DNA of 60,999 bases, counting the filler, from Rhabdomonas costata (Eukaryota), in NCBI GenBank assembly GCA_019059605.1. It is 18 parts of 18 records of this genome, joined end to end, with 100 filler letters (N's around TTAATTAATTAA, not from the genome) between each part and the next. Parts side by side here need not be neighbours in the genome. Positions count along the whole stretch, not along the records: positions 10,191 to 13,485 come from JAHMHO010001039.1; positions 13,586 to 16,880 come from JAHMHO010001040.1; positions 16,981 to 20,276 come from JAHMHO010001041.1; positions 20,377 to 23,681 come from JAHMHO010001042.1; positions 23,782 to 27,074 come from JAHMHO010001043.1; 13 more parts are not named here. One strand, 5' to 3'. Positions 12,152-25,478 of this stretch are shown in pieces (within the stretch, counting starts at the first letter, position 1; every line of letters begins with the position of its first letter). Under the pieces are notes generated by a model. That model did no database searches and was not told the origin of the DNA. It worked only from the letters and a program-made list of their open reading frames with translations. A program made the position numbers and the translations under genes.

Positions 12152-13691
12152 GCGCTGCCCCGCACCTAGCTCCACTGTGCGGGGCACGTATTCCACGTGG
12201 CCATCGCCCTCCGCAAAGCATGTGTGGATAGCCGGAGTATAACCAAATCAAAAATAAATTTTGCAAATTATGCAAATTCTTTAAGTCTGCGTTTATATGC
12301 AGCAGCCTTTTTCTTCGTTGGTCTTCCTTGTTTGCGTTTTCTTCCCTCTCCGTCTCCACGTATCATATTAGCTATTTTTCACCTCCAAAGCGTTAGCTGC
12401 CATTGTGCGCCCTGTAATTGCTCCAGTAGGATATTTAACAGAACCACCATTAATCATTCCCTATTACATTAGACATAATATATATTAAGTACATAATCTT
12501 ATGAAATGAGTTCAACATTAGTGATTTTCTCAGTCTCGAAATGTAAACGAAAAGCTTCATCATACAGAGCAACAACAAGTAATTGTGTATTGGATGAATA
12601 ACCTGATGCCATAGTGAGATACAATTGAAGTTATTCATGATAAGTAGTAGCATCAGAATTTACTTTAAAGCAGAAACCAGGCTCGTTGATCCATTGTTGA
12701 ATGGTACAACATTCCCGCTACGATCAAATTTAGGGTCTGCGTTGTCGATAAAGCCATAAAACGTTCGTTGCAACGTCTCTACAGTCTTAGCCAGATACAG
12801 AGCTATCAAATATAAACTTAAACTCAAATATAAATATAAACTGCTGAAACCAGAACTGAAATCATTAGATGACTTCTTAACAGTTCCAGTGCGTTCCAGT
12901 ACTTGAGAAAAGTATTGTTTCATATGAATTTCATGAAGCATGTTTACACCTACACCTCCTTTTAGCCCACACCTCTCTTCATTGCTGTTTTTTTTGCCTT
13001 GCGCCTCAGCTGAACCTACAAACCTAGACTGTAGTGTGGTGAGGGCTATTTTTGCAGTGCTTTCGTGCGGTGAGCTCGGGAGGAGGGCAGAAAAGTTCAC
13101 CAACAATGATGGTCTCGCCGTCTGCCACGTGTATGTAACATGGCTTTGCACAGCGGAACTTGTGAGGTCTCCATATGCCTCCTGTATGCTACCCACACCT
13201 GCATTCCGTAATTGCAAAAAGCTAAAACCACAACAGAAGCGACGGAATTCTTCCAGAAGTGCATATAGGTGCGCAAAGAGTACCACTCGCAGCACAGGAA
13301 AGTGCCCATGCATTCGGAATGCTCATTGTACAGCATCCGTAGAGGAGCTGCCTGTTTCCGTGTTTCTGCACACTCATCAGGATAGAGACGGAATACCGCA
13401 TGGTAAACACGCTTCTGCACACGAAAAAACTCTTTCTTTTGGTAGAACTTCTCCTCTCCATTGGGTTTTTTTTTGGCACAACCAANNNNNNNNNNNNNNN
13501 NNNNNNNNNNNNNNNNNNNNNNNNNNNNNTTAATTAATTAANNNNNNNNNNNNNNNNNNNNNNNNNNNNNNNNNNNNNNNNNNNNGGTAGTTGGGGCTGT
13601 ACCGGGTGGAACGCACTCGCCACTTCCCTATCTTCCTCAGAGGAGAGACTGCGCACAAGGGCGAAGCGGGCGAAGAGCCAGGCGGAGCGGT

Positions 13692-13733
13692 GCCCTACGG
13701 AGCCCTACGGAGCCCTACGGGGCCCTACGGAGG
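13692..13733 (+). repeat. 10-bp tandem repeat (GCCCTACGGR) x4
   Basis: gccctacgga gccctacgga gccctacggg gccctacgga. Confidence 0.9.
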
Positions 13734-14346
13734 CTTGAAACGCCGACTACTTCGCGCAAAAAAAAAAGAAGCGCGGAAAAAGTCTACACACAGACACACA
13801 CACGGACATTTTCCCGTTTTTCTCGTATCTAAACCCTACACTACACGACGTTTCGTTACAGGAAAAAAAGCATGGGTCCCATAACCCTCTCCCCCACACA
13901 CCCACACCCACACCGTGGAAAGAGAGAAGCCCGGGGACGCGGTGGCTACGTCGAGACAAGCATTGACAGAGAGCGAGCCACGCAGAGCACATGAAGAGAG
14001 ACCAGTGCAGCCACGCACGCACACACGCACACACACAGAATACAACGCGGACTAGAATTCAGAGGCGGAAACTGGCGTCACACGATGTAGAGCAACAATG
14101 TGGCACCACAACTGGGCAGGGGGTTCTTTAAACCACAGGAAAAAACAAGGGAAAACACTGTCCAAAGTGTTTAAACCATGAGTAAGCGACTGGGAGGAGG
14201 TCTGTCTCAGGAAAGCCCTTTCCAGTTGGCGGCACACCGCCAACGAAATGCATGTTGTGTGACATTCATCTATTGTGTGTACAATTGACATGGTACATCT
14301 TGCATCCAAACCGGCCTGTCTTGTTGGGAAGCAAGCCCTTTGTTGA

Positions 14347-15845
<1,499 letters not shown>

Positions 15846-16980
15846 AGAACATGTTGAATTTGCAGAGTGAAGCCTCTTTACTTTTTTTTTTTGCTTTGAA
15901 GTGTCTGCGTATGTGGGGTGTATGTGTGCGCCTTCCTGCCAGCGTTCTGCATGTGATGCTTCGTTTTGTGAATACTGCAGGGGGTTCGCATCCATGACCT
16001 TTTGCAGTTTATGTGCTGTTGCCTTTCCCAAAGTCTTTATGGACAGGGCTGGCCGTTTTAAAACCGTAAAACAACTGAAACTAATCACATTACTTCAGTT
16101 CGACGAACTTCGAGGTAAGGGTCCGCCTGGACTTTCCAGCGTTGCAATAGAGGCTGACGTAACTTTTTATATTCTCTGACGTCGGAACCAAGTAGTTTTC
16201 ATTATTCAGCTTCAGACTCCATTTCTTTACAAACTCGTATAATTATAGTGACCGTGGTCCTACCTTGCCTTGGTCCTTGGCGACCAGCAAAGGCCAGCAA
16301 ACGCCGATACGTCTGCGGGACTGCTGGCTTTTGCTGCTTCACTGGCTGGGTTCACAGCCAACATAAAGACACTTAAAACATAACGCGTTAAACCATTCAA
16401 CGCCCCACAGAATTATATTGGACCCAGGCGGCGGCGGCGGAGGAGGAGGAGGGATCGTGGGGTGCATCAACAGTGATACGCAATATAACCGCAGACTCGA
16501 CGTGTTTTGTCCTTTGAACTTCTTAAAGGTTCCTTTCCTGTTCGTATTGTTCTTTTTTGTGCTTCTTTGTCTGCCATTTATGCATAACTTGCTGTGAATC
16601 TGGTCTGTGCTTTGGTTCCGCTGCCTCCCTGCGCGCTCTTTCATGGCTACCACTGCCCGCCCCCACCCGGGTCGGCTGGAGCCCTTTTTGGAGCCCCAGC
16701 CCTTGCCCTCCCTCAGAGCGGTGACACTCCCGAAGCGAACGCTTCCCCGCGGCACCTTCAAGCAGTGTGATTCTTTCTAAACACCAACACAATGCATAGG
16801 GACTTCTCCCGCTTTCATTGAAAAGTTGACCAGGCTTATCTCCGACACTAGTGTCCCCATGGCCCCCCTGAACCAACACANNNNNNNNNNNNNNNNNNNN
16901 NNNNNNNNNNNNNNNNNNNNNNNNTTAATTAATTAANNNNNNNNNNNNNNNNNNNNNNNNNNNNNNNNNNNNNNNNNNNN

Positions 16981-18905
16981 TGTGGGGTTGGGGACAATCT
17001 GGAGCAGTGCAGCAGCGAGCTTTGACTTATTTGGCTCCGAGGTGGGCGGTTGTTCAATAGGAGCTAATGGTTTGGTGGAGTTTTTCACTGGCGCTGAGAT
17101 GTCAATAGCTCGAAAGTGTTCTACACAATGTATAATAAAAGGCAAATGTCTGTTGGATGAGTGCGCTGGTGGTGGAGAGTGATCTGACTGGTTGTATAGT
17201 CGGCCTGGACTCTGAAGTACCTGAGGAAATGGTAGCCGAGAATCATTGTGATTGTTGATGTGATTACCTTGATACCTAGTCGAAGTCTGATGTCACAGAT
17301 TCGCAAAACAGAACAAATAAATCTGTCCGACTGGGACGCTGGTTACGTAAAACTATGTCATTTGGATCTCTAGTGTCAGCTTAAATCGGGTCATATCAAG
17401 GGCATCTGCTACGGTCGACGAGATAAACTTTTCGCCGACCCAGAAGTCCAGCATGGCGTTGAGGTTTTGCCCGAACATTTGAACCTTCACGTACAGAAGT
17501 TGCTCATGCTACATGTGGATTGGTTTGTTGGTTGGCGTTGCCTCAATAGGCGCGATCATCAACTCTGTGAGTGGCACATCAGCTTCAAACTCCTTCTGTT
17601 TCCGAATTCTTTTGGATTTGGAGGTTAGTGGGTGTGTTGGTGTAGATAAGCCTGGTAAGGCCTGGGGTGCAGGAGCTTCCGAATGGGACTCGGTCTGCAG
17701 CGGCTTCCAGGAGGTTGCGACACGTAGTGAGTTTGAGGATGGTTCAAAACTGGCGGTGGTAATCTCATTTCCTCTGGTCGCTCCGAACCGTGGTTCCAGA
17801 CTTTCCTGCTGCTGGGTCAACGCCGGTTGCTGTGCGGTTTGGCTTGTCTAGCTTGAGTTAGATATCTACGAGATGATTGGATTTCCGCTAACATGGTCAA
17901 GGTCGACTTTCTGAGTCCCGGCGTCTCGAGATGGGGATAACTACAGATCCTGCCAGAAAGTCTAGGAAAGTCGCATGAATTTAGTTCGCGCTGATTGCTT
18001 TGAACCTACCGCCTACGTCTGCTGTCTCATCTTCGTTGTTTAGACTGTCTGCGTCACTCTGGGGGACTGAGTCTTGGTGGGGGCCTGGATCGCAGCGAGT
18101 GCCACGGCATATGACTTAGATTGACTCTGTTGCGCAGACAGAGGCGGATTCTGGCTCTAGAATAGTGCTACGAGGTGGTTACAACAAAGCGGCTCCTTCG
18201 GTTGCGTCGTAAGCGCAATGTTTTGTACCCGTATAATTTGCTACAAAATATCCAGGTGGTTCCATTGGGTTCCACTGCCATGGGATCTCGGTGGCGGGGG
18301 GCGATTGAACACCTGGGGGTGTGCAAGTCCCAGGTGCCCGACCGTTCCTCACACCTTCTGTTTGCAGCTGTCCTTTCAGTTGGCAATTACTCGCAAAGTG
18401 TCCCCTCATCGGAAGTTAAAGCATTAGGCGTCCTTAGATGACCCGCTTCTCGGTGTGACCCAGTCATTTGCAACGACCCGCTGAGTATGGGTCCAGACCA
18501 CTGACCGGATGGTGGGCCCAACTCCATTGGTTGATTTTACAATTGATACGTCGTTTAGGGCGGTTTCTTGCTTCAGCCACGTTCACCTGACGGCCAGCAG
18601 AGGCCACAGCACCTGCTGTGGCCGCTACCATACACAGTTCGTGGTTATATAGGTAGCAAACCTGGTGTGAAAGCTGTCAGATTTACTGGTGTGGCACGAT
18701 GCTTGAACTCTCCGTAGGTCGACTTGTTCGATGGTGACAGGCCCTCGGGTTTACCTTGTGTCTTTGGTAAGCTGGTTGACTTCTTCGACTCGTACGACAA
18801 AAGAGGTCCGCAAAACTTAGGTGCGTAGCGGAATGCTGCTGTCGAGAGTGGGGACTTCTCTTGCGTTTGCTGTTGTTATATGTTCTGTTGCTAGTGTGAC
18901 GACAT
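16981..18905 (-). mobile_element. Degenerate Ty3/Gypsy-like LTR retrotransposon gag-protease region
   Basis: A broken CCHC zinc knuckle, C-F-N-F-(1-nt deletion)-MRGHFASNC, lies at about 18423-18383. A retropepsin-like LLYVKVQMFGQNLNAMLDFWVGEKFISSTVADAL has its Asp codon at 17448-17446. After a frameshift comes MILGYHFLRYF (ILG..FL motif). There are many in-frame stops. Confidence 0.65.
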
Positions 18906-19209
18906 ATTGCATCATCATCACTTACGAATCAAAATCTACTACATCTTCAACACTTCTATCACTCTGGCACGAAGGATAAGTCTGCGTATCAGGAGCCATC
19001 CGCAGTAGTAGTAGTCATGCATGTACGCTTACAGGCCTTCTACCCTGCGTGGCCCTTAAGCTTACATGCGGATTTCATCTTAATAGGGTAAAGCAACGAA
19101 GGTGCATCCGTATCATCTGCAGTCACGAAGTGGTGCATCCGTAATAGAGGGCACAAAGCATAGCGGAGTAGAACATAGAGACATTTCAACATGAATACAC
19201 CTGGTTGTA

Positions 19210-20276
19210 ATGCTCACACTCAACCCCTCACATCATCAACACTACCCCTCCAACACCACTTCACTCCAACACACAAGAACCTTAGAAGCTCAAACCAGCA
19301 TCACCATATGCACCAACATCTACCATACCGCTAGAAACAGAGACAGCATCAACCCAAACATCCACGCCATGAACCAACACCGTACATTTAGAAGCATCAA
19401 CACCAGCATGCAACACTACGCGAACACTAGAAGCAGGAATCCTGAAACCCTCAACCTCCACAGAAACAGCACCGAGCCCTCTACCACCACATGAATACGC
19501 AACATAACAACATCACCAAACATGCGCCGAACCACTCCATCCATAATGCCTCCAACCATGCTACTAACACGAGATCCAGGAATACGCAACATGCCATCAC
19601 TGCCAACGCCATCATCCTCACCATCCATCTTCAAACCAGCATCACAAACACACCATAAGAGTCAAGAACACCAACAGAAACCATCACTTCAGCATCAAGC
19701 ACTACAGGGACGCTACCACACAACTCTACAACTACAGAAGGAACGCAACCACCAACACCCAACACTCCGACAAGAAGACCAGCAGCATCAACATAACACG
19801 CAACAAGCACTACAGTAGGAACGCTAATACAAACATAGCCAGAAATACAAACGCAACCAACAAGCATCAAGGAACCAGCAACACAACTACCACTACCACC
19901 ATCATAACCAGTAACGCAGGAGCCATCAATACAGAGAGGAACAACACGACCACCAGGAATGCCAACAACGTCAACAACAACACCAACCACTCCAACAACA
20001 TACGCATGAAGCACACAAGAAGCACGAACAGGAAGCACGACAGAAGCAAACATAGGGATACTAACACCATCCAACCACCCAACGCAAGAACCCAACGAAC
20101 CAGCTCCAACCACACCACCTACCCCAACACCTACGACTCCACGACACAACACCCCGACTAGCGCTACCACAACAAACGCTATCACACCAAACGCTACGAC
20201 CAACACACACTACTCCTCCAAAACTACCAACTGACACAGACACAGACACAGATAAAGCTACAACTACTGCAACACA
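19210..20276. repeat. Strongly strand-skewed A/C-rich low-complexity tract
   Basis: The plus strand is dominated by ACA/CCA/CAA triplets with few G or T. There is no convincing long ORF, and (GACACA)n occurs near the end. Confidence 0.7.
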
Positions 20277-20587
20277 NNNNNNNNNNNNNNNNNNNNNNNN
20301 NNNNNNNNNNNNNNNNNNNNTTAATTAATTAANNNNNNNNNNNNNNNNNNNNNNNNNNNNNNNNNNNNNNNNNNNNGGGTGTGGATTGGGGATGAGCAGG
20401 TGCAGGCATAGGAGGGTGAGCCACAAAAGCTGCCCACAGTCCATCCTCAGAGTTCAAGCACCGCTTACAGCGGCTTTGCCCCCTCCGCGTTTTCGGAGGA
20501 GGGTGTTTTGCCCGATACTGTGCCACTGCATTTTCTTCTGGACCCAGGGACCTGATCGGTGGTTTTGATTTTTCTTTGTGGTTCCAG

Positions 20588-21491
20588 TCCTACTGTGGGG
20601 GCCAACCTGTGGGACTTGGAGGCGCTGCTGCTGCAGCTGGGCGCCGTGAACGCGATCAACCTGGACGGCGGGGGCTCCACTCAGGCCTGGGTCAATGATG
20701 AGGTCCGTTTTCCGAGTCCTTTCATGGTTCATTTAACACCGAATCGATGCGGAGAGAGACATCGGCAAGAAAGCGGAGTATGAAAATTGGGAGACAAATA
20801 TGATAAATATTACCATTTAAAAAATGGTTCGGGGTATCACTGCGGACAGCTCTCCACGCCCCACTTTTCTTGCTACAGAGTAAATGTGCCCCTGATTTAT
20901 TCATGAGTTAAGTAAAATTCCAAGATACCCTCCCCCACTGAAGTTATGGTTTAAATCAATGGAGGAACCGGAAAACGGGGTTCAGCGTGACAGATTGTCC
21001 AAAGGCAGCGAGGTCCATCGAGTTCAAATGAAGAAAAGGCCAGGGAGGTTTTGCATTTAGCAGAGTGAGGACGTCAAGCCACACATCCAACAAAGAAGTC
21101 AATAAATATAGAAGGGAGATCAAGGGAGTGGCGGGAGAGAGGAGGGTAATGGAGAACCAAACAAAGAATGAAGACGAAGGAAAAGAGGAAAAGAAACAGG
21201 AATTATATGTCGATGCTTGAAAGAAACTTTCGTCTTTGATGGACACCGATGTGGGGGGGGCACATTTTAAAAAAGGTGGTGAGCCAGCCCTCTGACTACT
21301 GCAACCGCCCGTTCACCTGTGCGAGAAAAGTGACCACAATTGTGTGCATCCGGGGCGCCCCACTTGATGAGGAGGGCAACGAGGAAGGGGGTCGCGATGG
21401 AGGAGAGAAAGCTGCGAAGAACACCACCCTGCCCTTGGGAGGGGCTCTGGCCCACTCTGGCTCCCTTCTGCTGGAGCTGCGCGGCAGGTGA
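20588..21491 (+). CDS. NAGPA: NAGPA-like phosphodiester glycosidase, C-terminal exons (20588-20702, 21276-about 21491)
   Basis: GANLWDLEALLLQLGAVNAINLDGGGSTQAWVNDE|VVSQPSDYCNRPFTCARKVTTIVCI matches the recalled NAGPA motif NAINLDGGGS...PSD.C.....C.R.VST..C. Confidence 0.85.
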
Positions 21492-22321
21492 TTCCCCTGT
21501 CTTTTGCTTGTTTGTGTCGTGGGCTTCCTTTTGTTGTCTTTGTGATAATGTGAGGGGGGTATGTGACGCAAAGGGAAATATTACTTTTTTTGAAAAAGGA
21601 GTTCATATTTTCCCTTCGTTTGAGCAAAATCACGGCACTGCGGCACAAGCACCAGAGTGCGGGAAGAGTGTAACACTAAAAACAAACAATTTACAGGAAG
21701 GAACGCGAGAGATAGCAGGGGTGAACTAAGCACACAACAANNNNNNNNNNNNNNNNNNNNNNNNNNNNNNNNNNNNNNNNNNNNNNNNNNNNNNNNNNNN
21801 NNNNNNNNNNNNNNNNNNNNNNNNNNNNNNNNNNNNNNNNNNNNNNNNNNNNNNNNNNNNNNNNNNNNNNNNNNNNNNNNNNNNNNNNNNNNNNNNNNNN
21901 NNNNNNNNNNNNNNNNNNNNNNNNNNNNNNNNNNNNNNNNNNNNNNNNNNNNNNNNNNNNNNNNNNNNNNNNNNNNGGTACGGAAAAAAGTGGTTGAGTA
22001 GCGGTAAGGGGGATGGTATTTAAATTTGTATCGAACGACCTCATTTTTTGGGGGGGCATTGTTGTTCTTCAAAATCAGCACTTCACAACGATACTGCATC
22101 GTTTGCTCGTTTTACGGATGCAGACACTCGTTTTACGGATGCAACACATGCCAGCATGAAAAGACCAAGAACCAAAAGACAGAAACTCTTATTACGGTTA
22201 AAAATATCGTCCCAAACTTGGCACAGCTTGCGCGCAATCCGCAGTTATCCAAATTAACGGGCGAGCATGAGAGGAACTCAGCACATCGCCCCATGTGTGT
22301 GTGCCTGTATTTGCCGCAGAC

Positions 22322-23339
22322 CTGAAGGGGGCCCCCACGGGGGCTGCATCCCTGCGGGAGGAGGCTGCGCCATTGACAGAGGTCCCGCCGGAGGTGCCAG
22401 TGGTGGTGGGGCCGGAGGGGCGTTCCGCGCAGCGTACTCCAGGCCGTACTGTTTGTGGGTTTTCATAGCGTTGGTGTGAACAAGTGAGGCGTGGGGTGAC
22501 AGAACAAGCGATGTTTTTTTTGAGGGAGGAGCGCGTTCTGAAGGTGGAGTGAAGGTTGGGATTGAGCTGCTATGTAAATGCACAATTGGAACTTCCGGGC
22601 ATGTACCGAGATGAATGTCGCTACACAGCATGATGTGCAAGTTTGTTCTTTCACTGAAGACGTTTCTTTTTTTGCGGGTTGAGGCCTTTTACTACGGGAG
22701 AGAAAGTTGAAGGCTGGAGCTGCAACTAGCACAAAACACAGCCAGTGGGTGACAATGGGCTGCGCTGTGTGTGGGGAGAGAGAGGGGGAGAGAAAGGAGT
22801 GAGCGGGTTGTAATGTCACACATCCAAGAACCTGGTGGGCAAGCTGCCTGGAGTACTCCTGGGCCGCGGCGTGGGCCGAGGCCTCAGAATGGCCGCTGCG
22901 GATGTAGAACTTCATCTGGTGCAGGTAGAACAGCTGTGATGCGAGGAATCGCGGGAGGGAGGTAGCGAAGGACGCAGGGAGGGGAGGCGTGTGTGTGGTG
23001 GGAAGGAGTAAAGGAGGAAAAGACATGGGAAATGCAATAAAATGGAAATGTCATGGCACCAGAATGCACCCTGCCAAAGAGAGTGATGCAAAAAGCTGAT
23101 CCGAAAGGTGTTTCTCAGTGACAGCGATGAAGGAAGGAAACCCGAGAAAGTAACGGAAGAGGGTCCGGAAAGCTCCACAACACACCGACCAAAGGTTGTG
23201 TGTGTGGGGGGGTCATAACGGTTGCAGAACCACACACACACACAACAAATACAGACCCTATAAAAGTACTGGTACCAGGACATGAACCCGGGCGGACTCC
23301 CTGGAGGTGCCACCGCACCACTGCTACTGCTACTGCCAT
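22322..23339 (-). CDS. Hypothetical proline-rich protein fragment (3 exons)
   Basis: Three high-GC3 exons join in phase through GT-AG introns: ...PPGSPPGFMSWYQYFYR|LFYLHQMKFYIRSGHSEASAHAAAQEYSRQLAHQ|YGLEYAARNAPPAPPPLAPP. Family not recognised. Confidence 0.55.
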
Positions 23340-23781
23340 CTGCAAAGGAGACATGCAATGAATGGGGATGAGGGATCAGTTTCCCTGAAAATTTCCGCTT
23401 TATTCGATGTTCACCGACAGAAAGGAACATGGAAGTATGCTTTTACACCAAATGAGCGTGTGCGATGCTTTTCCCAAAGAGATTCCTTTCAGCTTTTGCA
23501 GCCGCTTGACCCGTGCTTTCATGAAAATGCTTACAAACATTTACAATTCTTTGCCGTATTTTCAGTTGAAGTCTTAACGCACGCCGGAATGCTCAGGAAA
23601 AGACAAACCATTCGAAAGGATAGACGGACATTCACTTCAAGTTTATCGTTCGCAGTAGGGCAGCTGCTACTGCTATCGTCTNNNNNNNNNNNNNNNNNNN
23701 NNNNNNNNNNNNNNNNNNNNNNNNNTTAATTAATTAANNNNNNNNNNNNNNNNNNNNNNNNNNNNNNNNNNNNNNNNNNNN

Positions 23782-25478
23782 GATTGGTGGGCACGGTCGG
23801 CCACCCCCTGCCAACCGTCGAGTGCCGGGTGGAGCCAACGCCGGGTGGCGAGGAGCATGATAGCGCAGCGGTGTTCTCGAAGGTCCTCAGCGTTTCTCCA
23901 AGTTCACAGCCCCGCCTTTTGCCGTGCCAGTGGATTTTCTAGTGGTGTTTTCAAGGCTTTTTTGTAGGTTTGCTCACTTTTTATGAAGTAATGGCACATT
24001 CTCATCCGCTTTCTGCTTTTCGTGTGCTCACCTTTTTGTTAGCCCTCTTGCTTTACACAGGTGGGCGAGCTTCTTGTACGATCCCCCTCGATGTTTAAGT
24101 GGTACCTTAACCTCCCGGAGGCGACCCAGGAGGCCTTTACAAAGGTTTGTGGGTCCGAAGATCGAGATTTTGATGCGAAAAATTGCAACTGAGCTGCGGT
24201 TGTGAACAAGGTATCAAGGCGCCGTGGCAATAAACTTCACCGCGACGACAGCAAAATAGAAGCCGTGTGGCTTCCGATGTTGCAAGAATGATAAGAATGA
24301 TGTGGAGGGCATTCTTGAATTCCTGCAAGCACCTACCACACTGGCACACGCTCACAACCCCAACACCACAACACCCAAACACACCTTCTGGAACCTCGTG
24401 GTTTTCTTTGACCTTTTACTTTTTCAGCCCCTTTGACGCGCACACACACATGTCGCTTATCGCCGCAGGATGGGTGGTTCCGCACGGGGGACACCGTGGG
24501 GGTGATGAGGGATGCCCCCTACGACTGGAAAATACTCGGCCGGACCTCCGTAGACATTCTCAAGACCTCCGGGTACAAGGTCTCCGCGCTGGACATTGAG
24601 ACCATTCTAATGCTTCACCCGCTCGTCGCCGAGGTCCGTCTGTGTGTGTGCGCGCTTGTGATTCCAAAGAAATGGAAGTTCTCGGCACAAATAGTCTCCT
24701 CATCACTTCCCCGTCCTCCAGCTGCACCTCTCTGTCTGTCTTTTGTTTGCTTGTTGTTTGCTCTCAGGTTGCTGTTGTGGGTATTCCTGACCCGACCTAC
24801 GGGCAGGTTTGTTGCGGAACTCTGTCCAGTGCTCTTCATGGGCACTCTCTCCGTGGCCGGATATATTGGGTTTCAGGACGTTTTTTCGCTGGTTCCCCTG
24901 GAAGCTCATTTTAACAGGCGCGATCGTTTCTTTTCCAAATGTGTAACACACCGCACAGCAACGGCATGTGAAACTGTGATCTGTTTTAGTTTCTAGTTGT
25001 TTTTGCGTTTCCGCCATGTAACCCTAGCAAAAAAAAAGTGAGGGGGTCGGAGCAGGCCTCAACGCGTCCTTCCAAGGACTCATGCCTCCCTCTCTTTGGA
25101 GTGCAAAATTGTGCGTGGGGGAAGGGGGGGATGAGTTGTCTCTCCTCAGTGGTGAATGTGCACGTCACATCGCATCCCTGGGGGGGGTGCCCCTACCTAC
25201 GCGTGCTCTCGCTGCCCCTGCCCATCCTGCTCTGTGGGGTATGTACTCCTGTGCGCCTCCTGTATGCTGTGGGGCGCTCTCCACAGAGAGTGGGCGCAGT
25301 GGTGGCGCTGCACGCTTCCGGGCCCTCAGGGGCCTCGCTTTCCCTGGCTGATCTGAGGGCGTGGTGCAAAGACAAGCTAGCGTCCTACCGCACCCCCTCC
25401 GCCCTGGTGGTGGTGCCCGCGATACCTCGCAACGCCATGGGAAAGATCAACAAAAAGAGCCTCCTGGGCCTCTTCTGA
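23782..25478 (+). CDS. ACSF3: Malonyl-CoA synthetase-like acyl-CoA synthetase, C-terminal part (exons to 23882, 24061-24144, 24469-24633, 24768-24806, 25287-25478)
   Basis: Motifs [66 protein letters not shown] and [12 protein letters not shown], ending in a TGA stop. The GR.S.DI.K.GYKVSAL and RNAMGK motifs are typical of ACSF3/MatB. Confidence 0.9.

Noticed and set aside
16285-16300. CAGCAAAGGCCAGCAAA resembling ColE1 origin vector sequence
   Set aside because: The match is short and imperfect, with no flanking vector similarity.
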